Below, piece by piece: positions 12,514-29,305 of a DNA stretch of 64,000 nucleotides (positions are counted from its first letter, which is position 1; the number at the start of each line of letters is the position of its first letter). The stretch is taken from NCBI GenBank assembly GCA_951406725.2, contig OX597821.1, forward strand, positions 105,648,001 to 105,712,000. Direction: 5' to 3'. A program made the position numbers and the translations under genes. The notes beneath the pieces are model-generated. The model ran no database searches, was not told where the DNA came from, and saw only the letters and a list, made by a program, of their open reading frames with translations. The DNA comes from Octopus vulgaris (Eukaryota).

Positions 12514-12930
12514 AGGCGCAGGAGTGGCTGTGTGGTAAGTAGCGTGCTAACCAACCACATGGTTCCGGGTTCAGTCCCACTGCGTGGCATCTTGGGCAAG
12601 TGTCTTCTGCTATAGCCCCGGGCCGACCAATGCCTTGCTAGTGGATTTGGTAGACGGAAACTGAAAGAAGCCTGACGTATATATGTATATATATATGTGT
12701 GTGTGTGGGGGGGGGCGTTGTGTGTCTGTGCTTGTCCCCCTAGCATTGCTTGACAACCGATGCTGGTGTGTTTACGTCCCCGTCACCTAGCGGTTCGGCA
12801 AAAGAGACCGATAGAATAAGTACTGGGCTTACAAAGAATATGTCGCGGAGTCGATTTGATCGACTAAAGCTGGTGCTCCAGCATGGCCACAGTCAAATGA
12901 TTGAAACAAGTAAAACAGAAAGAGAAAGAG
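12514..12930 (+). mobile_element. Full-length tRNA-derived SINE, family B (internal TA/TG microsatellite, LINE-like tail)
   Basis: Head aggcgcaggagtggctgtgtggtaag, B box ggttcagtccc, body, internal microsatellite, tail gtgctccagcatggccacagtcaaatgattgaaac. Near-identical copy at 43571. Confidence 0.9.
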
Positions 12931-12981
12931 AATATATGTACGGAAAAGGTGAGAGAGAAAGAGAGAGAGAGAGAGAGAAAA

Positions 12982-13012
<31 letters not shown>

Positions 13013-13443
13013 AATCGGAGACAAAGTAGGCTGAATATTCCTTGCCAAAGTACAGTTGTGTACTTAGGCAAATATGTTCAACACATAAATAATGCGTTTT
13101 TACAATTGCAAGTCGGAGGGGGATAAACTACCTGCATCAACTTGATATAAAAGCAGATAGTAATTGTACTTTCTCCTTATTCTTGATGCGAGGTTTGAAG
13201 TGCGCAGTACGATTGTAACAGTTATTTTTTCCAAGCTTAATGGCTATATAGATATTTGTATCGGGAATGTACATGTATATTTATCAGACTCACTAAACTG
13301 ACTTTCATTGTAAGACAATATATAAATGTGTCCACCTATTTCTATTACGTTCACACATGTGTGTATGTGTATACATATACTTGTTCTTCTGTACACATGT
13401 ACAAGCATCCTATCAGTAAATTATCATATATATATATCATTAC

Positions 13444-13463
13444 GTGTGTGTATGTGTTTGTGT

Positions 13464-13518
<55 letters not shown>

Positions 13519-13542
13519 TGTGTGAGTGTGTGTGTGTGTGTG

Positions 13543-13604
<62 letters not shown>
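13444..13604. repeat. (TG)n microsatellite
   Basis: Direct reading. Confidence 0.97.
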
Positions 13605-13606
<2 letters not shown>

Positions 13607-14711
13607 TATTGCGGTCGGATATGTTTTCGGGAGATTTGCACAAGAATTTAATCTATAGATTTTCAGTAGCGAATATTGTTCAAACAAAAGGTATGATTTT
13701 AAGTAATTACTGTGGCAGAACCCAATCGAGCCCGAAATTTTGCGTTGCTGAAACAAATGTCTTAACGACATAGCTATGCCTGTAGAAAAAAAAAATCTTT
13801 TCTACATAATTTCGAAATTAATGGAAATTCCCCTGACTGTCAGAAAAACATTTTAGAAGTGAGAAACTGTTTTTTTCTCTCACAGAGTAAATGTAATACT
13901 TGTTGTTCCTGTTATCATTTTGCTTAGCGTTTTAGTATACGAAACCAAAATGAAGGAAAACAATCTCACACAGAAAAAAAGATTAGTTCCTTAATTCCAC
14001 ATAAGCAAGTTTTTTGCCGTTTCATAAACATTTGACACGAAAAAAACAAGGACGTTTGATGGAAACCATAAGAAGGGTTTACTTTCCATCCATTAAACTA
14101 TAATCACGTCAGTGATGACGCAGTATTTCTCAGAGACAGGATCGATAAAGATACATAAATCTGTTTAGAGATAAATCAGACCATCTAGTGCCTCTCGAAA
14201 TGAGTCATTTTTATTATATTTGACAGCGAATGGCAAACTCACCAGGGTAAAGAATTCATTGCCATATAACATTTAGCTGCTTAATGTTAAGAGTTGAGTT
14301 CAAATCTGGCATCTATATAATCGACAATCAACTCCCATAAACTTTGTCTCAGGCTTCTACTAAAAAAATTCTAATATACGAATTTAATTAAATCCAGCAA
14401 ATCTGATATCTAACAACGGTTCCGTGTGGGATTTGTGCCTACAACCATTTGAATATACTCTTTCTCCTTTAATGCCACATATTTTATGCAAGGGCTAATA
14501 TATTTGAGTGTGTGATGGTGCATTTGTATTCTATATGAGATAAGCGTTATTACACCTCTTACGATTAAGGAATATTATTATAATTTCGTTATCAAGCATG
14601 GAATTTGATCTTCAATTGGTGGTAATTTTCCATGCTTTACAACGTTAGGATTTCTGAGAATTAATTTATAGGTAGAGAAGCACACACTTGTATAGGCATA
14701 TGTATATCATT

Positions 14712-14713
14712 AC

Positions 14714-14793
<80 letters not shown>

Positions 14794-14942
14794 ATACCTA
14801 CCTACCTACAATCCTACATATCTATCTACCTGCATATGTATCTATGTATCTATCTGTCTTTGTGTCGGGCTGTCTGTTTATTTGTCTGTCTGTCTGTCTG
14901 TCTATCTGTATATCTATCTATCTACCTATCTACCTATCTATT
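14712..14942. repeat. (TCTA)n tetranucleotide repeat and degenerate derivatives
   Basis: Direct reading. Confidence 0.95.
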
Positions 14943-15404
14943 TTATGTGTGTGTGTGTCCGTGCGTTAGTGTCTGTGCTTGTGTGTGTGTCCGTGCGTTA
15001 GTGTCTGTGCTTGTGTGAGTGTCTTGTGTATGTGTTCGTGTGAGCATACATATACGTGCACATGTATATATGGCCCAAACATTCTTATTTGAGATATCCC
15101 TTGGAAAATATTCCGGTGCATAGTGAAATATAAGTATTTATGCAGAATGAAAATATGAATAATTTGTATTCCTTACATTGTATTTAATTTTTTTTTCCGG
15201 TGCAATCCAACTTTCTTCCTTATATATCTTTTCTACATGCACAAAATTCACTTACACATGCGCACAAACATACGCTGCCGTATAAATATGCATTAATACG
15301 CATATATATATATATATATATATATACATGCGCAGAAACACGCTGCTGTATAAATATGCATTAATGCGTTTATATGTGCGTGTATATGCATGTAATATGT
15401 ATAT

Positions 15405-15474
<70 letters not shown>

Positions 15475-15616
15475 CATACATATATATATATATAGTGAGA
15501 GAGAGAGAGAGAGAGAGAGCAGAGGTCTCGTATTTTAAACCACTGTTGAGTCTATCTCAAATACTTGGTGGACAAATTATTTATAGTAATCTTGGTAGAT
15601 AAGTTATTTATAGCAA

Positions 15617-15660
<44 letters not shown>

Positions 15661-16319
15661 GCACTCTCTCACACACGCACATGCATACATATACGTTATA
15701 TTCTCCTTTATATCCCACGTCTATACGCATCATGAGGACACCTCTGCCTTCAGATTTCTGACTACAACATTTCAGACTTCTGGATTTAAGAATTATACAC
15801 ACATCATTATACTCCACAAGGTTTACGTTGAAATATTGATTGAAATCTGTTTTTGTACCGAAAATTTTAAAGCTCTTTTCTTTCCATACAGGTGAGATAC
15901 ATAAAATAGTTATTCGGTATATCCGCTCTTTATAAATGATAGCTGAATAAATTTTAACATTACAACGTCATATTCATCGAATAATTCGGATGGATGAAGA
16001 TCATTAAATATAGAGTATTTTGACCTTTACTGTAGACTAATCATGCAAATGTTTGTAACACCAACGATTCTTTTCAAACGTTACTGTTCTTTCAATGGGA
16101 TTTATCAGTATCTTCAACGTTTAATCATTTTGTTTGCTTATACATATTGAGGAATGTCTCTCTAACTGCAGCTAATCTAATTGTACTGAGCAAGCGATAG
16201 TGTAATATATCAATTTTATCGCATGGCAGTGGGATAGTGTATCTGAATAATGAAATATCAGGTCATCCCATAAGTTCTGTCCGGATTTTGAATAAAGAAA
16301 ACAACTGATCACAAGTTAT

Positions 16320-17353
16320 ATTTAATTGAAATTAATCCTCGATGTACTTTCCCTGATTATGTATGACTGCCTTACATTTATTTACAAACTTTTTAATCCC
16401 ATCAATGTAAAACTCTTTTGGCTACAAAGCGAAGAATTCGAAAATGTCAGTTTTGACCTCCTCCCGGTTTGCGAACTTTATGTCCCCCAAATAATCCTCT
16501 AAACTACGAAACATATGGTAGTCTGAATTATCAAGGTCGGGAGAATAAGGTGCATGATGAATTTTTCCCAACCAAGCTCTTCTGTGATGTGATATTTGCA
16601 GTGTGGAGTCGAGCATTGTCCTGTTGAAACATCACTCCTCTTCCATCCATTAAAGCTGGTCTTTTTTCTTCAAAGCTTGGTTCAAACGCTCTAATTGCTG
16701 ACAGTATACTTGAGCATTGATTGTTGCATTAAGCGGAAACAATTGAAAGTGAACTACTCCTTTGCAATCCCACCAGATCGAGAGAAGAAAGTTTTTTTTC
16801 CTTGAAGTTCCCTTCTCGGTTGTGATTGAGCTTTTTCCCTTTTACCAAGCCACTTTTTACGACGGTTAACATTTCGATAGAAGGTCCATTTTACGTCACC
16901 AGTCAAAAGTCTGTCCAAAAAGAGTGAAAAGATTTCGCGAGAATGGAGAGAAGAGCAAATGTCAACTCTGGATCTGCGGTTGCTTTCGAACAATTCATGA
17001 GGTACTCCTTTTCCAAGTTTAGGAACCTTTCCAAGTTGTTGAATATGACAATGAATAGTTGTATGGTTTGAACTAAGCTTTATTGCTAATTCTTCAACGG
17101 ATAATGCAGGATTTTCTTCAAGTAATGCCTCAGGGAGATTATCCTCAAACTCAACTGGATGTCCTATTCAATCGTCATCTTCAAGAATGAAATTTCCACT
17201 TCTGAAGTTTGCAAACCATCTTCTGCAAGTTCTTTCATTCAAGCATTCATTCCCATAAACTGAATGTATATTTCGAGTCGCTTCGGCTGCAGAGTTTCCT
17301 TTTTTGTACTCATAAGGCATTATGTGCCTCAAATACTCATTGAATACTTCCAT
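16320..17353 (-). pseudogene. mariner transposase pseudogene
   Basis: ORF pieces 17168-17374, 16754-16993 and 16422-16616 carry consecutive mariner motifs. Confidence 0.88.
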
Positions 17354-17464
17354 GCTAGAAAGGGTTTTAATCAAATAAATTTTAATACTATTATTCTGTA
17401 AAATAATATCTAATTACTTTACGTGTACACAAATGCATAAAAATAATTTTAATTCCTTTGTTGT

Positions 17465-17692
17465 TTGTTCCTTCTCGAGACACGCCTGGCTCATAAGGAC
17501 TGGTTTCCCGGTTTACCTGTTTCCTTGACGTATAGGATCCCCACCTGGACGGGACGCCGGTCCGTCGAAGCTGAGCTGCAAGATGCAGGAGGAAAGTGAG
17601 AAATAGTTGTGGTGAAAGAGTCAGCAGAAGGTTGCTATTACTTTCTGTAGGAGCCGCGTGGAGCTAAGGTGTTTCGCTTATAAACACACACA
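17465..17692 (-). mobile_element. SINE family D fragment inserted inside the mariner 5' end
   Basis: cctggctcat..ggtttcccggttt..cctggacgggacgcc.gtcc.tcg matches 61715-62010. Confidence 0.7.
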
Positions 17693-17820
17693 TCATGGGA
17701 TGGCCTGGTATATACATTGAACTACAATAGCCAATATAATCTAATATAATAAAGAATTGAATACAATATATATACATATACACACATTCAACACACATAC
17801 AGAAACACACGCACACACAA

Positions 17821-17893
<73 letters not shown>

Positions 17894-18719
17894 GTTCTCC
17901 TAATTTCATCGCTGTTTCGCGTGCTGAAAGAATATTCTCAGTGTATGGTAAATTGAAATGACTAAGAGATTTATTTGCGCCAGTATGCTAAGAGACTTTC
18001 ATTAGAAATGAAATATTTTCATGAGTGTATTATACGACATAATAATCCAATTATTATTCATCCTGTATACATATATATAATTGTTCTATAAGCAGTCTTA
18101 GCTTATCTTTTAAATACTGGAAATTGATACTGCCTGATTGCATGTAAATGAGCTTTAACAATTTTACAATTTTTTTTAACTCAAGCATTTTTTTCTTCTT
18201 CCGGACATTTTCCATTTGTTTTTACCATCTTCTATTTCATCCCTTTCTTATATCACATTCTCCGTTATCAGTTGAACTACGTATTCACTGTTAAAACGTT
18301 TTCATCTTGCATAGAATATTCAAAGTTATAGTGCTGTCTGTTACTATAATTTTTTACTCAATATTGTATTTTGCTAAACATATACCCTAACACACAAACA
18401 CGACGTCTTACACTAAAGACATAATTCAATAAATTTATGTATAATTATTTAAACAAATAATAATTTAACTGACAAGTAATTTCATTTCATTAAAATATCA
18501 TGTTTGTAATTACATTTATTCCCAGTTTGAATAATTTAAACAAGTAAGAAACTGTCTTTTGTTAAAAGTTTGTCATAGTTATATATGCAACGCTTTTCAT
18601 TGCATTATATATTTATTATATGATAGCGAGAGATGTCTTATTAAATTTACAGTATATGGCACTATAGGAGTTATGTAAGAAAGTAATATACAGGCGTGAA
18701 ATAAACGTAGCTATTAGTG

Positions 18720-21700
18720 AATTGAATGGGGTTAGAAAACTAAACGCAATCTTAAAACGCGAGAGGCAGCTACGTTCCTGGCATCACAATAGCACGAGGA
18801 TAAAGATGGAATGCTTTACATCTGGAGATTTGTCAAGACTGATGAAACGTGGAAGAGAGATACCAGCTGGTCTGAGTGCTCTCTACCCACAATAACTAAA
18901 AATACTACAGCAACTCAGAGAAACTAAGCCAGGACAATCTGCCATCCTCCACACACCATCATAAACTGCGAGCAGGGTACAATTTGTTGTCCTTAAATGC
19001 TCGCAGTTTATGCAACAAAATACATTTGTTCAACGCCTACGTCAGAAGTGTTGACCCTGACTTCATCACTGTCACGGAAACATGGGCGCATTCCTTACTC
19101 TGTGATGGGGTTTTCAACATCACGGGGTACAACCTCTTCCGTAAGGACCGCACTAACCGCCGTGGTGGTGGTGTGATGGTCTACGTTCGTTCAAATTTTT
19201 TGGTAATTCCTTGTGCCGATTTGAACGAATCACAAGAAGAAGTTTTTTCTGTGACGTACGTATGACCATGTCAACACTCCTGCTTGGCGTTGTTTATCGT
19301 CCCCCAAATTACCATCAGGACACACAGCTTTGCAACATCCTCCGAGCTGCAGCCAGGAAAACAGCCACTTATGTGTTTATTGCAGGCGATTTCAATCATC
19401 CTGAGATCGATTGGGAAACCTTCCGTTGGCCACAGAGTGCAAACGATTTTGTTGAGCTTGTGCTGGACTCAAACTGGTCACAAGTAGTCACCTCTCCAAC
19501 AAGAGGCGACAACACCTTGGACCTGCTCTTCACCACAACTCCTGAAGCGGTTATCAATTGCACTACGGAGGAACCTCTAGGTGACTCTGATCATGCTATG
19601 ATCATCGCCAATCTGGCTCTTGCGGGCAACAAACACCTGAACCATCTCCAATCTGCTTCCTTCGATTGGAAGAGAGCAGATTGGAACCTGTACCACACTG
19701 AACTACAGCACCCAAACTGGCGTAAATTCTACAACTCTGGAGATGTGAATACTATACTCCAGAGTATCCTGGACTCAATATGGGCAGCATGTGCAGCATC
19801 AGTGCCACGTAAACAAAAGAACTGCCCCAAAAGGGCAATTTGGGAAACTTCAGCGGTCCGACTTGCCAGGAAGGAACGTCGGACTGCTGAACAGGAATAC
19901 AAGTTGCATAAATCAGACACCAACAGGAAGAAGCGGAATAAATCCTCCAACCATCTCAAGCAAGTGACAAAAAATGCAGTGCTTGAATTTGAACAGTGCA
20001 TAGCAGCCAATCCTGACAGCAAGGTTTTCTGGAAATATGTGCATTCAAAGCAGAGACCTCACTCTCCAGTGGGCCCTCTTCGCAACCCTCACACGAACCA
20101 GATCACTGACGACCCCAAGGAATGCGCAGAACTCATTGCCGAGTGCTATGCAAACATATTCACTGTCGAAAGTCAAAATGTACCATCTTCACCATCACTA
20201 ACAGCAAACTCCATAACAACTATGGAATTTACACCTTCAATGCTGCGACGTCACCTTCAAAATAAGCGCAACTATGCCTCCCCTGGTCTCGATGGAGTTA
20301 CATACCTGCTTCTCAAACGTGGCAGGCACTTCCTTTTACACCAGCTTTCTATTTTCTTCCAGTACTGTCTCAACAATGGTGCTACTCCGGAGCAGTGGAA
20401 AACTGCCAGTGTCATTCCTCTGTTCAAAAAGGGTGACCGCACATCACCTGTCAACTATCGCCCAGTCAGTCTCACTAGCTGTATTGCAAAACTGATGGAA
20501 TCGTGTGTCAGAGAAACACTCTGGAACTTCTGGAGCTCTCACAGTCTCATCCGACCCTCACAATATGGATTTGTCCCTAACTCCAGCTGCAGTGACCAGC
20601 TTGTCGAGTTCCTTGAGGACATTACTCAGATCACTGACAGTGGCTCATGGGTGGATGTTGTCTACCTTGACTTTGCTAGGGCTTTCAACTCTGTGCCACA
20701 CAAAAGGCTTATGGTGAAACTCTCTGCAATGGGTGTGGGGGATGACCTTTTTAACTGGTTGAAATCCTTCATCCTCAGCCGAAAGGAGGTAGTCACAGTT
20801 CTAGGACAGCACTCTACACCATATGAGATGTCATCGGGTGTACCACAGGGATCTGTCCTTGGTCCCCTCCTGTTTGTGGCATACATTAATGACATAGATG
20901 CCAATTTAAAGAATGCCACAGTATTGAAATATGCAGACGACATCAAGCTGTACCTTGAAATCAAGAGGACTGATCCTGATGTCTACAACTCTTTCCTGCA
21001 ATCAGACCTAGACACAATGCAGCAATGGATCACAGACTGGCAACTGAAACTGGCTGTGGACAAGTGTACCACCATGCATTTTGGGAGAAAAAACCCTGCG
21101 TCCACATACTCCCTCCACAACACTGATATCAAGAAATCCTCTTGCGAGCGTGACCTAGGCATCACTGTCAGCAGTGATTTGCGTTGGACAAAGCATATCT
21201 CTAAAATTGTCAATAGGCCGAGGGTGTCTTGGCATCACTCAGCAAGACTTTTGTTAGCCGCTCTCCAGCCATCTATTTAAAAATGTATACAGCTATGGTA
21301 CGACCACACTTGGAATTCGCATCATCAGTTTGGAATCCCTATCTTGCTCCGAACATTGACCTCCTGGAATCTGTCCAGAGACGTGCAACCAAACGCATAC
21401 CCTCCATCAGACACCTACCATATTCTGAGCGCCTTGTTTCCCTGGGCATGGATTCACTGAAGCTCCGGCGTCTAGCGACGGACTTGGTAAACACCCACAA
21501 GGTTATCAACCACCTCACCAACAACAACACTGAACACCTTTTTGATCTCCATGTGTCTAACACACGTGGACATGCCTACAAAGTCAGAAAACAGCACAGC
21601 TCCCATGACTTTCGGAAACATTTTTTCACGCTCAGGGTTGCTGAAGCGTGGAATAAACTGCCTGCATCAGTTGTTGACTGCCATGACACTGCATCCTTTA

Positions 21701-21814
21701 AGGCCCTCATGCTTCCCGAAATCCGTCGAAACTACACCTGATTATATATACACTTTAGATGAGTTGTAGTGCACCTGAGCACTGTACACAATTATTATTA
21801 TTATTATTATTATT
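18720..21814 (+). mobile_element. CR1-clade LINE, 5'-truncated in ORF1, near-intact ORF2, (ATT)n tail
   Basis: APE motifs (LNARS, VTETW, GDFN, SDH), RT motifs (YLDFARAF, GVPQGSVLGP, YADD) and CR1-type C-terminus (RKHFFTLRV..WNKLP). 3' stem-loop tagtgc/gcactg, then (ATT)n at 21792-21814. Confidence 0.92.
18984..21741 (+). pseudogene. LINE ORF2 (APE endonuclease-reverse transcriptase), two 1-bp frameshifts (~19245, ~21215)
   Basis: ORFs 18984-19265, 19211-21280 and 21229-21741 join into one ORF2 if one base is restored at each junction. No in-frame stops. Confidence 0.88.
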
Positions 21815-21959
21815 ACAAGACATCATACTATTCAAAATAGATCAGAAAAATGATATCAAGGCAGCAATGGAACGTTTTGTAAACGTTCCTAACCTTTCTC
21901 ACTCGCTCAAATAGTATTATTTTCTTTCTTTAAATAGGATAAAAGAAACAAATTACGCC

Positions 21960-25897
<3,938 letters not shown>

Positions 25898-25903
25898 TTA
25901 ATG

Positions 25904-26580
25904 TACTACTAATGCATTCCGGCATTGCTCGGGTGTTATGACCAACAGCCACATTGTATTATTTGTTTCTTTCTTATTGGTAGAATCGCAGCACGACGTG
26001 TGTGAAGCAAACGACTCTTCGTTACAAACATGCTTTTCGGTCATTTTGTGATGAACAATTCTGAAACTGTTGACAACAAAAACAAGTAGAATGGCAGCTT
26101 ATATTAGAATGAAATCCTAACATGGACCCCAGAATGATCTAGACTAATGGATGCAAACAACTGGATGACATATGGGGACGTAGAGGTACCCTCTATTGCG
26201 GATAGTAAGGTACATGGATAGAAAGCTGCTACCTTGTGAAACGCACCATCTCTGTAATGTTTGGGGGGAGCTGCACACCTCCAACATATATTAAGTGAAG
26301 TCGACAATGCTTCCGGTAAACTATGATTTGCTTAAGTCCAGGCTTAGTAGAATGAATACACACGTCATAGGCACTACTAACTCGAGAGCATCCGATATAT
26401 ACTTGTCCAGGAGAAAAGCATGGTATATATAAATTGAGTCCGGCACTTTTTTAAAGTGGGACCCTGGGATTTGTTGATTGTCATAGTGAAGACAAACGCA
26501 AAGGGAATTGCTGTCGTTTGAATTGAAATGGCACGTTTCAGAGAATAAGGGGCCTGTGTCACACAAAGCTAGCAATATTA
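25904..26580 (-). mobile_element. Helitron 3' remnant (PIF1-like helicase C-terminus plus terminal hairpin)
   Basis: Peptide FTMTINKSQGPTLKK (helicase motif V), with FKRQQFPLRL in the neighbouring frame. Terminal cccgagcaatgccgg hairpin followed by a degenerate CTAG at ~25905. Confidence 0.75.
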
Positions 26581-27009
26581 CTTACCTTAGTAAAGAAATC
26601 CAGATAATAGTTTTGGAAGGGTCCCAGATAATAGTTCATCACAATGTGTGCTGTCCCATTTTTGAGGATCTCCAAATTTGGCAATGCAAATGCCCCTACT
26701 TCTACTAAGTGACTTCTGTACCACTCCCTCATTTACTTTAACCCCTTTGTAACCCATCGTCCCCTCTTCTATATTATACTCAAACGTCTCCTCTTCCCCC
26801 ATTTTCCCCAGACGACAGCCATTCCTCAAGTGCTCTGCTTGTTATATCCAGAAATGACTTTCACGAAAGTAGTATTAATTTTCCTACGACATTCTATTTC
26901 CCTCAAATGTAAACCTATCAGCAATGTATCTATGATATCTAATAGAAAGATCTGTGAGCCAGGGTTGCTCAAATAAAGGAAGTATATGAAAACATATTTC
27001 TTATATACA

Positions 27010-28545
27010 TTCTTTTATTCTTTTGCTCGTTTCAGCCATCCCGCTTCGGTCAAGCTGGAGCGCCAACGTGATCCTTCCTTTTTCTTCAGTCTGAGGTGTT
27101 TTACTTTACCAATTCTCTATGTGCCCTTCTCGCAACCGTCTGACCGTTTGGTGTATAATGGAGTTTTATTCCTTTTGCCCTCGTCTGCACTTAATGCCCG
27201 GCTGTTGGTTCATCCGGTATTGTGGAGAAGTGAATGTGGAGATTCCCTTTGAAGACATCTTCTTCCACCTTATGTGGGTCTCTTAATTTTTGTATCAGGG
27301 CATTGAAGAGCAGCGGGATTTTGAACCGTAGACTAATGTAGTACCTGGTTCTGAAATTAGATGGAGTAGATAGTACCTTTGGTGCAATATAACGGCAGTC
27401 AGTTCAGGCATTTGTATAACACTAAATGCCGAAATTAAGTCTAGCATTTTCCATTTGTAGATTGTTGGATATCTCGCACACCTTTGCTCCAGGGAGTAAA
27501 TGTGCAGTTTTCTTAGCCTCTTATTGTAGCTCATCCGCTGCACTGCTTCAGCCCTTTTAGTGTAGTATGTTTGGACTGCCTCAAGCTCCGCACTTAGTTT
27601 CCTACTATGCAGTGACCAAAACTGGAAGCAGCAGAGAACAAAGGTTCTCCACAGGGTCAACATAGTTTCTGTGCACCCGTCTTCAAGGAGATCAGTATGC
27701 ATCCAGTTATCTGCAATCGGTTGCCATCTCGGAACTGTGCATATAAAATAATACGTCACTGCATATACTGATCCGAAAGTTTGAGACTCTGGGATTGTAG
27801 TGCCTTTGGGTCCCGTATATGTAGGCTGTAGTGACTTCGTGATTCGATAGTGCAATGCTTGAAATTTTCCAGCATTAAACTGCATGTGGTTTATTTCAGC
27901 CAACTTTTATATCAAGTTGAGGTCCCGCAGTAGGCTTGCGATGTCATTTTTTGTATTTATTGCCTGCAATAATTGTGTATCATCGGCATACCTAGTGACA
28001 GTGGCTGTCCCACTGACTGTGTGCATGTCTAAGAGGGCTATTATAAACAGTTATGGTCCCAAGAGAGTTCTCTATAGGGAGACCACTTGAGATTTGAGTT
28101 TCCTCATAAAGGATACCATTGGCTGCAACTACCTGAGTTCTGTCTTCTAGGAAATCCTGCAGCCAGTCTCACAGTTTACCAACAGCGCCTTGGTCTTACA
28201 TTATATGACATTATGGTATGATCTAACCTAACAATACCAAGGTGTATTACGCTGACTTCTGAATGGCCAAGCGGCTGTTACAAAGCCCAGGCATAATGGT
28301 GTAGGAGTTGTGTGCGGCAGCTTCTTCCTCGACGGAAGCTGTGCTGTGTATTGTTCAGTAAGATATTTTCTTCTTGAAACATTATCAAATTTTTTTTTAT
28401 GGTTCTTTCAATGACTTTACTGAAATGTGAAGTCAGAGAGATTGGCCTGTTGCTTTTGGCCACTTCTCTGTTTCCACCTTTGGGGATAGGGCATATAATG
28501 GGTTCTTTCAAATTTTGGGGAAGTCTATCACTTACAACGAAAGTT
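27010..28545 (-). mobile_element. Decayed Proto2-like LINE, 3' portion (RT to tail)
   Basis: PIPKGGNR..RPISLTSH, TQHSFRRGRSC, LHIYSLEQR..RY, PDEP. Tail ggcgctccagcttgacc..gctgaaacgagcaaaagaataaaag. Confidence 0.85.
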
Positions 28546-28588
28546 TGAAAAAGTCTATTTTACACACGCACGCACACACACACACGCA

Positions 28589-28637
<49 letters not shown>

Positions 28638-28639
28638 CA

Positions 28640-28823
28640 TGATAGATCACTAGCGACTACACATTCTTTATTTTCTCTCCTGTTTTGTTTCTGTATTTCT
28701 ATCTGTGGAAGAGCGTAGGCTCGAATCGTTGAAGTCTTTTTCACTTCCCGAGCGTTAAACTAACACATATATCTGTTGTCTACACTACCTGTCTTCGGCT
28801 TTTGTTTTTTTGTGAATTCTCCC
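28640..28823 (+). mobile_element. Short TA-flanked element with degenerate minimal hammerhead (PLE-terminal-like)
   Basis: CTGTGGA-a-gagc-gtag-gctc-GAAT-cgtt at 28703-28730; perfect 4-bp stem II. Confidence 0.45.
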
Positions 28824-28977
28824 TATATATATATATATATATATATATATGCGTGTGTGTATGTGTGTGCGTGCGTGCATGCATATATGTCTGTATGACG
28901 TATGACACACGGTTTTGTTAGTGCATTGGGATTTAAATTTGGAACTCAGCGGCGAGGTTGATATGTTCGACTAAAAC

Positions 28978-29083
28978 AGTTAATACTGTTCCAATGGCGT
29001 AGTGATTAAGAGCGCGGGCTGCTAACCCCAAGATTCCCAGTTCGATTCCAGGCAGTGGCTTGAATAGTAATAATAATATTATT

Positions 29084-29148
<65 letters not shown>

Positions 29149-29305
29149 CATCGAAAATTTCCTTAGGAATCAGAATATAGGTTCGACAGCTTCTATGTTC
29201 GAAATTTCCCCAAGACACCTGATGAAGACTGGAGAATATAGCAGCCGAAATGCTGTGTTAACTACAAACAAGATGAGAAAATATATCCATCAAATGTAAA
29301 TAATA
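28978..29305 (+). mobile_element. tRNA-headed SINE with internal (AAT)n and hammerhead-containing tail
   Basis: tRNA-like 28985-29056 (A box tggcgtagtg, anticodon arm ggg-ctgctaa-ccc, B box gttcgattcc, acceptor actgtt/ggcagt); (AAT)n; CTGATGA..GAAA at 29219-29250; candidate TSD taaaac at 28972-28977 / 29306-29311. Confidence 0.7.
29214..29259 (+). ncRNA. Type I minimal hammerhead ribozyme, degenerate stem III
   Basis: gacac-CTGATGA-a-gactg-gagaatatag-cagcc-GAAA-tgct-gtgtt. Stem I gacac/gtgtt, stem II 4 of 5 pairs; tgct replaces the usual cgtH. Confidence 0.6.

Larger units (their letters stand above)
16258..17708 (-). mobile_element. Full-length decayed mariner (DD34D) transposon
   Basis: TA-flanked inverted ends tcaggtcatccca (16258) / tgggatggcctgg (17708). 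Transposase fragments: HTH (EATRNIHSVYG..RTCRRWFANF), TGDVKW, YSPDLDNSDY. Frameshifts and stops present. Confidence 0.9.

Noticed and set aside
15720-15897. Possible non-coding exon ending CAG|GTGAGA
   Set aside because: A single donor-like motif with no ORF or other support.
18839-18852. CTGATGAAACGT
   Set aside because: It lies within the LINE ORF1 remnant coding sequence and has no stems.
28985-29056. Functional tRNA gene (anticodon GCT)
   Set aside because: Mispaired arms, no long variable arm expected of tRNA-Ser, and no T-run terminator; it is better explained as a SINE head.
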